From Candidatus Eiseniibacteriota bacterium (GTDB lineage Bacteria; Eisenbacteria; RBG-16-71-46), in assembly GCA_031370785.1 (NCBI GenBank), contig JANMQY010000056.1, positions 1 to 16,155 on the forward strand: a stretch of DNA of 16,155 nucleotides. The letters run 5' to 3'. Positions 1 through 8,768 of the stretch are shown one piece after another. Below the pieces are notes generated by a model. The model was not told where the DNA came from. It worked only from the letters and a program-made list of their open reading frames with translations, and ran no database searches. The translations under genes and the position numbers were made by a program. Positions within the stretch are counted from its first letter, which is position 1, and the number at the start of each line of letters is the position of its first letter.

Positions 1-1620
1 GCCTCCAACATGCTCAAGCCTGCGCTGGCCCGTGGCGAGCTCCAGTGCATCGGCGCGACCACGCTCGACGAGTATCGCAAGTACATCGAGAAGGACGGCG
101 CGCTCGAGCGGCGCTTCCAGCCAATCATGGTCGACCAGCCGAGCGTCGAGGACACCATCGCGATCCTGATGGGACTGCGCGACAAGTACGAGGCGCACCA
201 CGGGGTCAAGATCACCGACGAAGCGGTGGTGCAGGCGGTCAAGCTGGCCGACCGCTACATGAACGACCGCTTCTTCCCGGACAAGGCGATCGACGTGATC
301 GACGAGGCCTGCGCACGTGCCCGGCTGTCGGTCAGCACCGTGCCTTCCGAGATCCACGAGCTGGAAAAGAAGCTCGAGGAGGTCATCAAGGAGAAGGAGT
401 CGGCGATCCGCGGGCAGGAGTACGAGAAGGCCGCGCGCCTGCGTGACAAGGAGAAGGAGCTGCGCGCGCGGCGCAACGAGCTCAAGAAAACGTGGAGCGA
501 GTCGAAGCGCGACAAGGAGGTCCAGGTGACCGAGGACCTGATCGCGCGGGTGCTCTCGACCATGACCGGGATCCCGGTGGTCAAGCTGGCGGAGGAGGAG
601 ACGCAGAAGCTGTTGCGCATGGAGGACACGATCGAGAAGCGCGTGGTCGGCCAGACCGAGGCGCTGGCGGCGGTCTCGCGCGCGGTGCGGCGCAACCGCG
701 TCGGGCTGCGCGATCCCAAGCGTCCGATCGGCTCGTTCATCTTCCTGGGGCCGACCGGTGTCGGCAAGACCGAGCTGGCGCGTGCGCTCGCGAACTTCCT
801 GTTCGACGACGAGGACGCCCTGATCCGGATCGACATGAGCGAATACATGGAGAAATTCTCGGTCTCACGCCTGGTGGGAGCACCTCCGGGGTATGTGGGG
901 TATGAGGAGGGCGGTCAGCTCACCGAGAAGGTGCGCCGGAAGCCTTATTCCGTGGTCCTGCTGGATGAGATTGAAAAAGCGCACCCGGATGTGTTCAATG
1001 TCCTGCTTCAGGTGCTGGATGACGGCGTTCTGACCGACAGCTCCCGTCGGCGGGTGGACTTCAAGAACACCGTGATCATCATGACGTCCAATCTGGGCGG
1101 GCGACAGATCGTCAGCGGCGGTCGTCACCTGGGCTTCAAGCAGGCCGAAGGCTCGGCCGCGCAATTCCAGGAGATCAAGAGTACCGTCAACGAAGAGCTG
1201 AAGCGTGCATTCAACCCGGAGTTCCTGAACCGCATCGACGATGTGATCGTCTTCCACGCTCTCACGCGGGAGGACATGCGGAAGATCGTGGAAATCCTCC
1301 TGGGTCAGGTCAAGGAGCGACTGCGTGCCCAAGACATCACACTCGACATCACTCAGGAAGCCGTTGAGCTGCTCATCGAGCGCGGATTCGACGCCTCGCT
1401 CGGAGCGCGTCCGCTCAAGCGGGCGATCCAGCGGTTGCTCGAGGATCCCTTTGCCGAGTACATCCTCCGCGGCCAGCTGCCCGGAGGCGCCCACATCCGC
1501 GTCACGCGCAAGGACGACCAGCTGGACTTCGAGGCTCTGCCACTCGGTCTCCCGGCTGCTCCGGCCGTCGCCGCTGAGACCCCGGTCGCTCCGGCCGGCA
1601 GCGCATCGCAGGCGGGTTGA
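1..1620 (+). CDS. clpC: ATP-dependent Clp protease ATP-binding subunit ClpC (5'-truncated by window edge)
   Basis: The frame is open from base 1. NBD1 tail [17 protein letters not shown]...ALERRFQ and FPDKAID. Short UvrB/C-type M domain ([20 protein letters not shown]) rather than the long ClpB coil. NBD2 Walker A GPTGVGKT, pore loop GAPPGYVGY, Walker [10 protein letters not shown], ClpP-docking LGF, sensor-2 GARPL. Stop TGA at 1618-1620. Confidence 0.93.
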   Translation, partial: ASNMLKPALARGELQCIGATTLDEYRKYIEKDGALERRFQPIMVDQPSVEDTIAILMGLRDKYEAHHGVKITDEAVVQAVKLADRYMNDRFFPDKAIDVIDEACARARLSVSTVPSEIHELEKKLEEVIKEKESAIRGQEYEKAARLRDKEKELRARRNELKKTWSESKRDKEVQVTEDLIARVLSTMTGIPVVKLAEEETQKLLRMEDTIEKRVVGQTEALAAVSRAVRRNRVGLRDPKRPIGSFIFLGPTGVGKTELARALANFLFDDEDALIRIDMSEYMEKFSVSRLVGAPPGYVGYEEGGQLTEKVRRKPYSVVLLDEIEKAHPDVFNVLLQVLDDGVLTDSSRRRVDFKNTVIIMTSNLGGRQIVSGGRHLGFKQAEGSAAQFQEIKSTVNEELKRAFNPEFLNRIDDVIVFHALTREDMRKIVEILLGQVKERLRAQDITLDITQEAVELLIERGFDASLGARPLKRAIQRLLEDPFAEYILRGQLPGGAHIRVTRKDDQLDFEALPLGLPAAPAVAAETPVAPAGSASQAG

Positions 1621-4051
1621 GGCAGCGCTTGCGCTGCTGCTGATCGCGGCGGCGACACCGGCATTCGCACAGATACCCGCGACCGGGGTTTCCCCGGCCG
1701 CGGGTCGTTCTTTTGCGCCCGACACCGTGCAGTCGCCTTTGGAGCCGCCCGCGGCCGCCGAGCTTCGGGTCGGGAGGATCGACGTCGCCGGCAACGTGTT
1801 CGCGGACAGCGCGCGTGTCGTGCGCACCTTCGAGGTGCTTCCGGGCACGCGCTTCACCGAGGATGCAGTGCGCCGCGGGATTCGCAAGCTGTTCGCGCTG
1901 GGCGTATTCGAAGACGCCTACGTGACCAGGGGCCAGCCGCATGAAGGTGTGATCGACCTCACCATCCACGTAAAGGAGCGCCCGCGCATCTCCAGGATCG
2001 AGTTCTCCGGCAACAAGCGCAAGGACACCGCCGACCTCGAGAAGAAGCTCCGGTTGCATATTGGGGAGCCGTACTCGCCGACCACGGTGAAGACCCAGAT
2101 CGACACACTGCTCCAGTACTACCGTGACGATGGATTCGCACAGGTCAGGATCGACGCGGTCACCGACTCGGTCAGCCGCGACAACCAGGTCGCGGTGCGC
2201 TTCGTGATCCAGGAAGGCGAGAAGGTCAAGATCACGCGGGTCGAGCTGGTCGGGGACGCGGCCTTCCCCGAGAAGAAGCTGCGCAAGCAGATGAAGACCA
2301 GGCCGAAAGGCATCTTCGGCGGCGGCGACGTGAAAGACGAGAACTTCGACGAGGACCGGGACAAGCTCGAGGCCTGGTATCACAACCACGGATTCCACGA
2401 CATGAAAGTGGTCGGGCACGAGCTCAAGCCCGGCGACTCTGTGCGCCATCTGACCTACGTCGTCCGGATCGAGGAGGGACGGCGCTACCGGATCGGCGAA
2501 ATCAAGTGGGAGGGCGCGAGCGTGGTGCCGCAGGCGGAGCTGATGAAGAACTGGAAGGGCAAGCCAGGAGACTGGTACGACCGCTCGAAGGTGGAGCGGG
2601 CGCAGGGCGATGCCTATGCGGACTACGCCGAGCGCGGATACCTGTACCTCAACGTCGAGCCGAGCGAGACGGTGCGCGACTCGGTCATCGATGTGTCGTT
2701 CCAGGTGACCGAGGGGCACCCCTCGAACATCCGGCTGGTCAACATCCTCGGCAACAAGTCGACCCGCGAGAAGGTGATTCGGCGCGAGATCAGCATTCAC
2801 GAGGGCGACCGCTTCAAGCGCTCGGCGCTGGTCCGCACCCGGGACGACGTGAATCGCCTCGCGATCTTCGAAGACGTGCAGATGGATTTCACGCCGGCCG
2901 AGAGCACCGACGTGGACATCAACCTCAAGGTCAAGGAGAAGCAGGTGGGCACCGCCTCCGCCGGCGCCGGCTACACCAACGAGGGAGGGCTCACCGGGTT
3001 CCTCGAGCTGGGCCACAACAACGTGATGGGAAACGCGCAGGCGCTGCAGCTCCATCTCGAGCGCGGCTCGAGGACCGAGGACTACTTCCTGAGCTTCACC
3101 GAGCCGTGGTTCCGGGACACGCCGACGCTGCTCGGCTTCAGCGGCTTCAACTCGACCCGCGACCGCGACCTGTACACCGAGAAACGGGCCGGCGGCTCGG
3201 GCCGGATCGGGCGTCCGCTGCCATGGCCCGACTACTCGCGTGGTTCGCTCGCGTACCGGCTCGAGAACGTGACGCTCACCGGCTTGAGCGGCACGCTCGG
3301 CACGGTCGACTCGATCACGCTCGCCGGCGTGCATCCCGGGCAGGCGGTGCTCACGAGCAGCCTCGAGACCAACTTCATCCGCAACACCAGTGACAACCCG
3401 TTCTACCCGACCCGCGGAACGCGACTGACCCTGAACGACGAGCTCGCGGGGGGGCCGTTCGGCGGATCGGTGAATTTCCACAAGCACCGCATCGACGGGC
3501 GCGTGTATTTCCGCGGGCTGTTCAAGCCGCTCACCACCATGCTCCGCGCCCGGATCGGCCTGCTCGGCGAGTACCCGGACCAGAACCTCGAGGTGCCACG
3601 CTACGAGCGTTTCCGCCTCGGCGGCGGCACCACCACAGACCCGGTACGCGGCTACGATGACTACATGATCGTGCCCGACAAGTTCATCCAGAGCGTGTTC
3701 GTGCGCAACGACATGGTGGTCACCCAGAACGGCTCGGTTTCGGACACGACCTACGTCCCGCGCTATCAGAAGGTGCGCTATCCGGGCGGCCGCTATGCGA
3801 CCACCTACACGATCGAGCAGCAGTTTCCGATTGTGAATCCGCTGCACGGTGTGCTTTTCTTCGACGCCGGCAACACCTGGGACCTTGGGAAGGAATACCG
3901 CCCGTTCGACCTCAAGATCGGTGCCGGGTTAGGCTTCCGGCTCGAGATCCCGCTGCTCGGCAACATCGGGTTCGACTACGGCTATGGATTCAACCGCGAC
4001 GATGGCCCGCGCGCGGTGGGTCACTTCCTGATCGGCAACGTCAACAACTAG
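1617..4051 (+). CDS. bamA: Outer membrane protein assembly factor BamA (start uncertain)
   Basis: Signal-peptide-like AALALLLIAAATPAFAQ at about 1622-1672. Tandem POTRA repeats (VKERPRISRIEFSGN, IQEGEKVKI, IEEGRRY, GNKSTREKVIRRE). Barrel with SFTEPWF, L6 motif VRGY, FFDAGN and GFDYGYG. The ORF-track start at 1325 lies deep inside clpC and is unlikely; see findings. Confidence 0.93.
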
Positions 4052-4055
4052 CGAG

Positions 4056-4622
4056 GTGCGTTTGAAGCGTCCCCTTGTGGCGAGCGCGGCGCGGGCGGCG
4101 CTCGCCGTGTGCGCGCTCGCGCTGCTGGCCCTGCCGGCGCGCGCCGCGGACATCCGACTCGGCTACATCGACTCAGAGCGCATCTTCCGCGAATACAAGG
4201 ATGCCCAGGACGCGCAACAGCGCTTCGATCGCCAGGTGCAGGGCTGGCGCGACGAGGCCGCCGAGAAGGAGAAGGCGGTCAAGCAGCTGCGCGACGATCT
4301 GCGCGACCAGAGCGCGATCCTCTCCGCGCTCAAGCGCCAGGAGAAGGAAGAGGCGCTGCAGCGCGCGATCGGTGAATACGAGCGCTTCATCCAGGAAGTC
4401 TGGGGACCGCAGGGCCGCGCGGCGCAGGAGAACGAGCGCGCGACCTCCGAGGTGGTGGCGTTGATCCGCAGCGCGGTCGAGAAGGTCGCCGGAAACAAGG
4501 GATTGGGTCTGGTCGTGGACGCCGCGAGTGGTTTCATCATCTATGCCGACCGCTCGCTCGACCTGACGCCCGAGGTGCTGACGGAGCTCAACTCCCGGTC
4601 GACGTCCGGGAGCGCGCCGTAG
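4056..4622 (+). CDS. skp: Periplasmic chaperone Skp/OmpH
   Basis: Signal peptide ending ARA-A, then IRLGYIDSERIF, a long charged coiled coil and C-terminal IIYADRSLDLTPEVL. Sits between bamA and lpxD. GTG 4056 (TTG 4062 is an alternative start). Confidence 0.9.
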   Translation: MRLKRPLVASAARAALAVCALALLALPARAADIRLGYIDSERIFREYKDAQDAQQRFDRQVQGWRDEAAEKEKAVKQLRDDLRDQSAILSALKRQEKEEALQRAIGEYERFIQEVWGPQGRAAQENERATSEVVALIRSAVEKVAGNKGLGLVVDAASGFIIYADRSLDLTPEVLTELNSRSTSGSAP

Positions 4623-4627
4623 GAAGG
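4621..4627 (+). promoter_or_regulatory. Ribosome-binding site for lpxD
   Basis: AGGAAGG 8 nt upstream of ATG 4636, overlapping the skp stop codon. Confidence 0.55.
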
Positions 4628-4635
4628 CCGCACCC

Positions 4636-5685
4636 ATGGTGACGCGGACTCTGGCGGAGCTCGCCGCTGAGCTGGGCGGCGAGGTGATCGGGGACGGATC
4701 CACCGTGATCCGGGGCGTGGCGGGCATTCGCGAGGCCCTGCCGGGCGACATCACCTTTCTCGCGAATTCCCGTTACGACGCCTACCTCGAGGAGACCCGC
4801 GCGTCCGCGGTGATCTGCTCGCGCGAGCCGCGCCAGGCCGTGCTGCCGCTACTGCAGGTGGACAATCCCTACTTGGCATTTCAGCGCGTGGTCAAGGTGT
4901 TCCGTCCGGAGCAGTATCGACCGGCTGAGGGAGTTTCCCCGAGCGCGCTGGTGGACGGCGGGGCAGAGCTCGGCGAGGGCGTCTCGATCGGGCCGCATTG
5001 CGTGGTCGAGCGGGGCGTCCGGATCGGTCCGCGCACCGTGGTCATGGCCGGGAGCTACATCGGTGTGAACGTCCTGATCGGCGAGGACGGCTACCTGTTC
5101 CCGCGCGTGACGATCCGCGAGGAGTGTGTCATCGGCGCGCGCTCGATCATCCACAGCGGCGCGGTGATCGGCAGCGACGGATTCGGTTTCGCGTTCGACA
5201 CCGGCCGCTATCACAAGGTTCCGCAAGTCGGAAACGTGGTGATCGGCGACGACGTGGAGATCGGCTCGAACACCACCATCGATCGGGCCACCACCGACAG
5301 CACGCGGATCGGGGACGGCACCAAGATCGACAATCTCGTGCAGATCGGACACAACGTGGTGATCGGGCGTCATTGCATCATCGTCGCGCAGGTCGGGATC
5401 TCGGGCAGCACCGAGCTCGAGGACTTTGTCACGCTCGGCGGACAGTCCGGGCTCACCGGCCACATCCGGCTTGGGACCGGAGCCATGGTCGGGGCGCAGA
5501 GCGGGGTCACCAAGTCGGTGCCGCCGCGCACCACGGTGATCGGCTACCCGGCGATGCCGCACGGCGTGTTCAAGCGCGTGCACGCCTACATCCAGCGGCT
5601 GCCGCAGCTGTTCCAGCGCACCAAGCAGCTCGAGGAGCGGCTCGCCTCGATGGAAGGGCGCACCGAGCGCGAGGAGGTGCGGTGA
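4636..5685 (+). CDS. lpxD: UDP-3-O-(3-hydroxyacyl)glucosamine N-acyltransferase
   Basis: N-terminal [11 protein letters not shown]...ITFLAN..Y and DNPYLAF, hexapeptide repeats, [39 protein letters not shown]. Confidence 0.96.
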   Translation: MVTRTLAELAAELGGEVIGDGSTVIRGVAGIREALPGDITFLANSRYDAYLEETRASAVICSREPRQAVLPLLQVDNPYLAFQRVVKVFRPEQYRPAEGVSPSALVDGGAELGEGVSIGPHCVVERGVRIGPRTVVMAGSYIGVNVLIGEDGYLFPRVTIREECVIGARSIIHSGAVIGSDGFGFAFDTGRYHKVPQVGNVVIGDDVEIGSNTTIDRATTDSTRIGDGTKIDNLVQIGHNVVIGRHCIIVAQVGISGSTELEDFVTLGGQSGLTGHIRLGTGAMVGAQSGVTKSVPPRTTVIGYPAMPHGVFKRVHAYIQRLPQLFQRTKQLEERLASMEGRTEREEVR

Positions 5686-5693
5686 GGGGGAGA

Positions 5694-7004
5694 ATGCAGC
5701 GCACCCTCGCCAAACCCGTGACCCTGGAGGGAGTCGGCCTCCACACCGGGGAGCCCGGCCGCGTCACCTTCCGTCCGGCCGAGGCGGGCAGCGGCGTGCG
5801 CTTCGTGCGCACCGACCTTCCGGCCCGGCCGTCGGTGGAGGTGCGCCCCGAGAATGCGCACTTCGATCCGCGCGCGGGCAGGCGGACGATCCTGCAGCAG
5901 GACGGCGTGCAGATCCACACCATGGAGCACGTCCTTGCCGCGGTCGCGGGGCTCGGGATCGACAATCTCGTCATCGAGACCACCACCATGGAGATTCCCG
6001 AGCCTGCCGACGGCAGTGCGGCGCCGATCGCGAAGGCGCTGATGGAGGCGGGTTTCGTCGAGCAGGACCGGCAGGCCCGCTACATCAAGGTCACCAAGCC
6101 GGTGCGCTGGAGCGAGAACGGCGTCGAGCTCGAGGCGGTTCCGTACAACGGCTTCCGCATCACGTTCACGATCCAGTACGACGGCACGCCGATCGGAACC
6201 CAGACCCTGTCGCTGGAGATCGACGACTCGTCCTTTCTGAAGGAGGTCGCGCCGGCGCGCACCTTCGTGCTGGAGCGCGATCTCGAGGCGCTGCGGCAGG
6301 CAGGCTGGATCAAGGGCGGGCGGCTCGAGAGCGCGATCGTGGTCGGCAACGACGGGGTGCGCAATCACGAGCCGCTGCGCTATCCGGACGAGTACGTGCG
6401 CCACAAGATTCTCGACCTGCTCGGTGACCTTTTCCTGCTCGGAGGTCCGGTGCTGGGTCACATCACCGCGCGCCGCTCGGGGCATCACGGACACGTCGCG
6501 TTCGTGAAGCGTCTCAAGGAGACGCTTCCGCTTCCGGGCCGCCGCGCCGGTGGACCTCCCGGCGAGTGGGACATCACCGCGATCATGGACATCATGCCGC
6601 ACCGCTACCCGTTTCTGCTGGTGGACCGGGTCACGAACATCGTTGAGGGCCGGTTCATCGAGGGGATCAAGAACGTCACCATCAACGAGCCGTTCTTCCA
6701 GGGGCATTTCCCCGGGCATCCGATCATGCCCGCGGTGCTGATCGTCGAAGCGATGGCCCAGGTGGGCGGGCTGCTGCTCCTGAACTCGGTCGACGATCCG
6801 AACGACAAGCTGATGTACTTCATGGGCATCGACCGCGCAAAATTCCGGCGGCCGGTGACGCCCGGAGACCAGCTGCACTTTCGGGTGAATCTGCTGAAGC
6901 TCAAGGGCCGGACGTCCAAGATGAGGGGTGAGGCGTTCGTGGATGGCCATCTGGTGGCCGAAGCCGAGCTGCTCGCCACCATCGTGGACAAGCGCCCTTC
7001 GTGA
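5694..7004 (+). CDS. lpxC: Bifunctional UDP-3-O-acyl-GlcNAc deacetylase / 3-hydroxyacyl-ACP dehydratase (LpxC-FabZ fusion)
   Basis: LpxC part: [45 protein letters not shown]. FabZ part in the same frame from about 6568: [56 protein letters not shown] 5694 follows GAGGGGG; the in-frame GTG 5682 overlapping the lpxD stop is an alternative start. Confidence 0.95.
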   Translation: MQRTLAKPVTLEGVGLHTGEPGRVTFRPAEAGSGVRFVRTDLPARPSVEVRPENAHFDPRAGRRTILQQDGVQIHTMEHVLAAVAGLGIDNLVIETTTMEIPEPADGSAAPIAKALMEAGFVEQDRQARYIKVTKPVRWSENGVELEAVPYNGFRITFTIQYDGTPIGTQTLSLEIDDSSFLKEVAPARTFVLERDLEALRQAGWIKGGRLESAIVVGNDGVRNHEPLRYPDEYVRHKILDLLGDLFLLGGPVLGHITARRSGHHGHVAFVKRLKETLPLPGRRAGGPPGEWDITAIMDIMPHRYPFLLVDRVTNIVEGRFIEGIKNVTINEPFFQGHFPGHPIMPAVLIVEAMAQVGGLLLLNSVDDPNDKLMYFMGIDRAKFRRPVTPGDQLHFRVNLLKLKGRTSKMRGEAFVDGHLVAEAELLATIVDKRPS

Positions 7005-7780
7005 CCGCGCTCATCCATCCCGCCGCTTTCGTGGACCCGGCGGCGAAGCTCGGCGTGGATGTCCGGATCGGACCGGGAGCCGTCATCGGTCCCGATGTCA
7101 CGCTCGGGGACCGGACGCGTGTGGATTCTCACGCGCTGATCGAGGGCTGGACCACGGTCGGCGCGGATTGCCACATTCATCATGGCGCGGTGCTGGGGAC
7201 TCCTCCTCAGGACCTCAAGTACGAGGGCGGCGAGCCGTCGTTTCTGGTGGTCGGCGATCACACCATCGTGCGCGAGTACGTGACCGCCAATCTCGCGACC
7301 GAGCCCGGCGGCACGACCCGGATCGGAAGCCACTGCCTGCTGATGGCCTACTCTCACGTGGCGCACAACGTCAGCCTCGGCGACCACGTGGTCATCGCGA
7401 ATTCGGTTCAGTTCGCCGGATACGTCAGCGTCGAGGACTGGGTGATCGTCGGGGGCATCACCGGCGTTCACCAGTTCGTTCGCATCGGCTGTCACGCCAT
7501 GGTCGGGGGCGGCGTGCGGATCACGCAGGACGTCGCGCCCTACGTGAAGTGCGCCGGCATCCCGCCGCACAACGCGGGACTCAACAGCATCGGGCTCGAG
7601 AGGCGGGGATTTCAGAAGTCGACCATCGAGGCGCTGGACCGCGCGTATCGAACGCTGTTTCGCGACGGTCTGACCGTGGCCGAGGCGGTGAAGCGACTGC
7701 GCGCCGAATGGCCGGACATCCCGGAAGTGGAACACCTCGCGCGCTTCGCCGAAACCACGGCGCGCGGATTGACTCGGTAG
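7001..7780 (+). CDS. lpxA: Acyl-ACP--UDP-N-acetylglucosamine O-acyltransferase
   Basis: IHPAAFVD, hexapeptide repeats, [46 protein letters not shown] overlap with the lpxC-fabZ stop. Confidence 0.95.
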   Translation: MTALIHPAAFVDPAAKLGVDVRIGPGAVIGPDVTLGDRTRVDSHALIEGWTTVGADCHIHHGAVLGTPPQDLKYEGGEPSFLVVGDHTIVREYVTANLATEPGGTTRIGSHCLLMAYSHVAHNVSLGDHVVIANSVQFAGYVSVEDWVIVGGITGVHQFVRIGCHAMVGGGVRITQDVAPYVKCAGIPPHNAGLNSIGLERRGFQKSTIEALDRAYRTLFRDGLTVAEAVKRLRAEWPDIPEVEHLARFAETTARGLTR

Positions 7781-7790
7781 CGGAGGGACC

Positions 7791-8768
7791 ATGAAGCCGG
7801 TTCGGGCGGGAGTGTGTGGGGTCGGGGTGTGGGGCGAGAAGCACGCCCGCGTGTATCACGCCCTGCCCGAGGTCGAGCTGGTCGGGGTCTTCGATCACCA
7901 CCCCGGTCGCGCCGCCGCGGTCGCCGCGCAGTACGGGGTTCACGCGTTCGCGGATGCCGCCTCGCTGCTCGCCGAGTGCGAGGCTCTCTCGATCGCGGTG
8001 CCCACGGTCGCGCACCGCGCGGCGGTCGAGCAGGCCTGCGCCGCGGGGCGTCACGTGCTGGTCGAGAAGCCAATGGCGTTCGCGGTCGAGGACGCCGACG
8101 CGATGCTGGCCGCCGCGGAGCGGGCCGGGGTCAGCCTCCAGGTCGGACAGGTCGAGCGCTTCAACCCGGCGCTGATCGCGGCGCGTTCCCACGTGCGGTC
8201 GCCGCTGTTCATCGAATGCCACCGGCTCGCGCCGTTTCAGCCGCGCTCGCTCGACATCGACGTGGTGTTCGACCTGATGATCCACGACATCGACGCGGTG
8301 CTGGACTTCGTGGGCAGCTCACCGATCAGCGTCTCGGCGGTGGCGGTCGCGGTGCTGTCGCGCAACGAGGACATCGCCAACGCCCGGCTCGAGTTCGAGA
8401 ACGGTTGCGTCGCAAACCTCACCGCCAGCCGGGTTTCGCAGGAGCGCCTGCGCCGCATCCGATTCTTTCAGTCCGACAGCTACCTGTCGGTCGACCTGTT
8501 CGAAAAGAGCGGCGACGTGCTGAGAATCGACCCGGCGCGATTCCGACCGGAGGCGCCTGAGGAAGCGATCCGCCGCACCCGGCTCGCGGTCGAGCCCGGG
8601 GAACCGCTCGCCCTCGAGCTCGAGGCGTTCGTGCGCTCGTTGCGGGGGAAGGGTCCGGGCGCCGCCTCGGGCGAGGCGGGTCGCGCCGCGCTCGCGGTGG
8701 CGGCCGAGGTGCGCGAGGCGATGAAACGCCGGGCGCGGCAATGGGCCACGCCGACCGCCGCTTCCTGA
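7791..8768 (+). CDS. Gfo/Idh/MocA family NAD(P)-dependent oxidoreductase, GnnA-like (putative UDP-GlcNAc 3-dehydrogenase)
   Basis: Rossmann GVCGVGVWG, HVLVEKP, VGQVERFNPA, DVVFDLMIHDID, ANARLEFENGCVANLTASRVS. SD GGAGGGA just upstream. The family call is firm; the GnnA function is inferred from its position between lpxA and lpxB. Confidence 0.85.
   Translation: MKPVRAGVCGVGVWGEKHARVYHALPEVELVGVFDHHPGRAAAVAAQYGVHAFADAASLLAECEALSIAVPTVAHRAAVEQACAAGRHVLVEKPMAFAVEDADAMLAAAERAGVSLQVGQVERFNPALIAARSHVRSPLFIECHRLAPFQPRSLDIDVVFDLMIHDIDAVLDFVGSSPISVSAVAVAVLSRNEDIANARLEFENGCVANLTASRVSQERLRRIRFFQSDSYLSVDLFEKSGDVLRIDPARFRPEAPEEAIRRTRLAVEPGEPLALELEAFVRSLRGKGPGAASGEAGRAALAVAAEVREAMKRRARQWATPTAAS

Noticed and set aside
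1325..1573. ORF-track N-terminal extension of BamA
   Set aside because: Ser/Arg/Pro-rich off-frame translation of conserved clpC codons, with no domain character.
3655..3790. Long insertion in BamA loop 6 after VRGY
   Set aside because: This loop is known to vary in length, and E. coli BamA has a comparable insertion.
1502..3847. 781-aa minus-strand ORF, plus other long antisense ORFs (5586-6950, 10494-11630, 12604-13932, 14246-16099)
   Set aside because: They mirror well-supported + strand genes and have no recognisable motifs. Stop-poor shadow frames are expected at this GC content.
4920..5540. Recurring ATCGGC/GTGATCGG periodicity in lpxD (also in lpxA)
   Set aside because: Explained by the hexapeptide repeats of the left-handed beta-helix; not a DNA repeat or CRISPR array.
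4998..5681. Apparent N-terminal extensions of lpxC-fabZ, and likewise of DUF374 (9811), waaA (9954), lpxK (10976), nadB (12748) and msbA (14870)
   Set aside because: Arg/Gly-rich alternative-frame readings of the upstream genes. Homology begins at or just after the NTGA-overlap starts.
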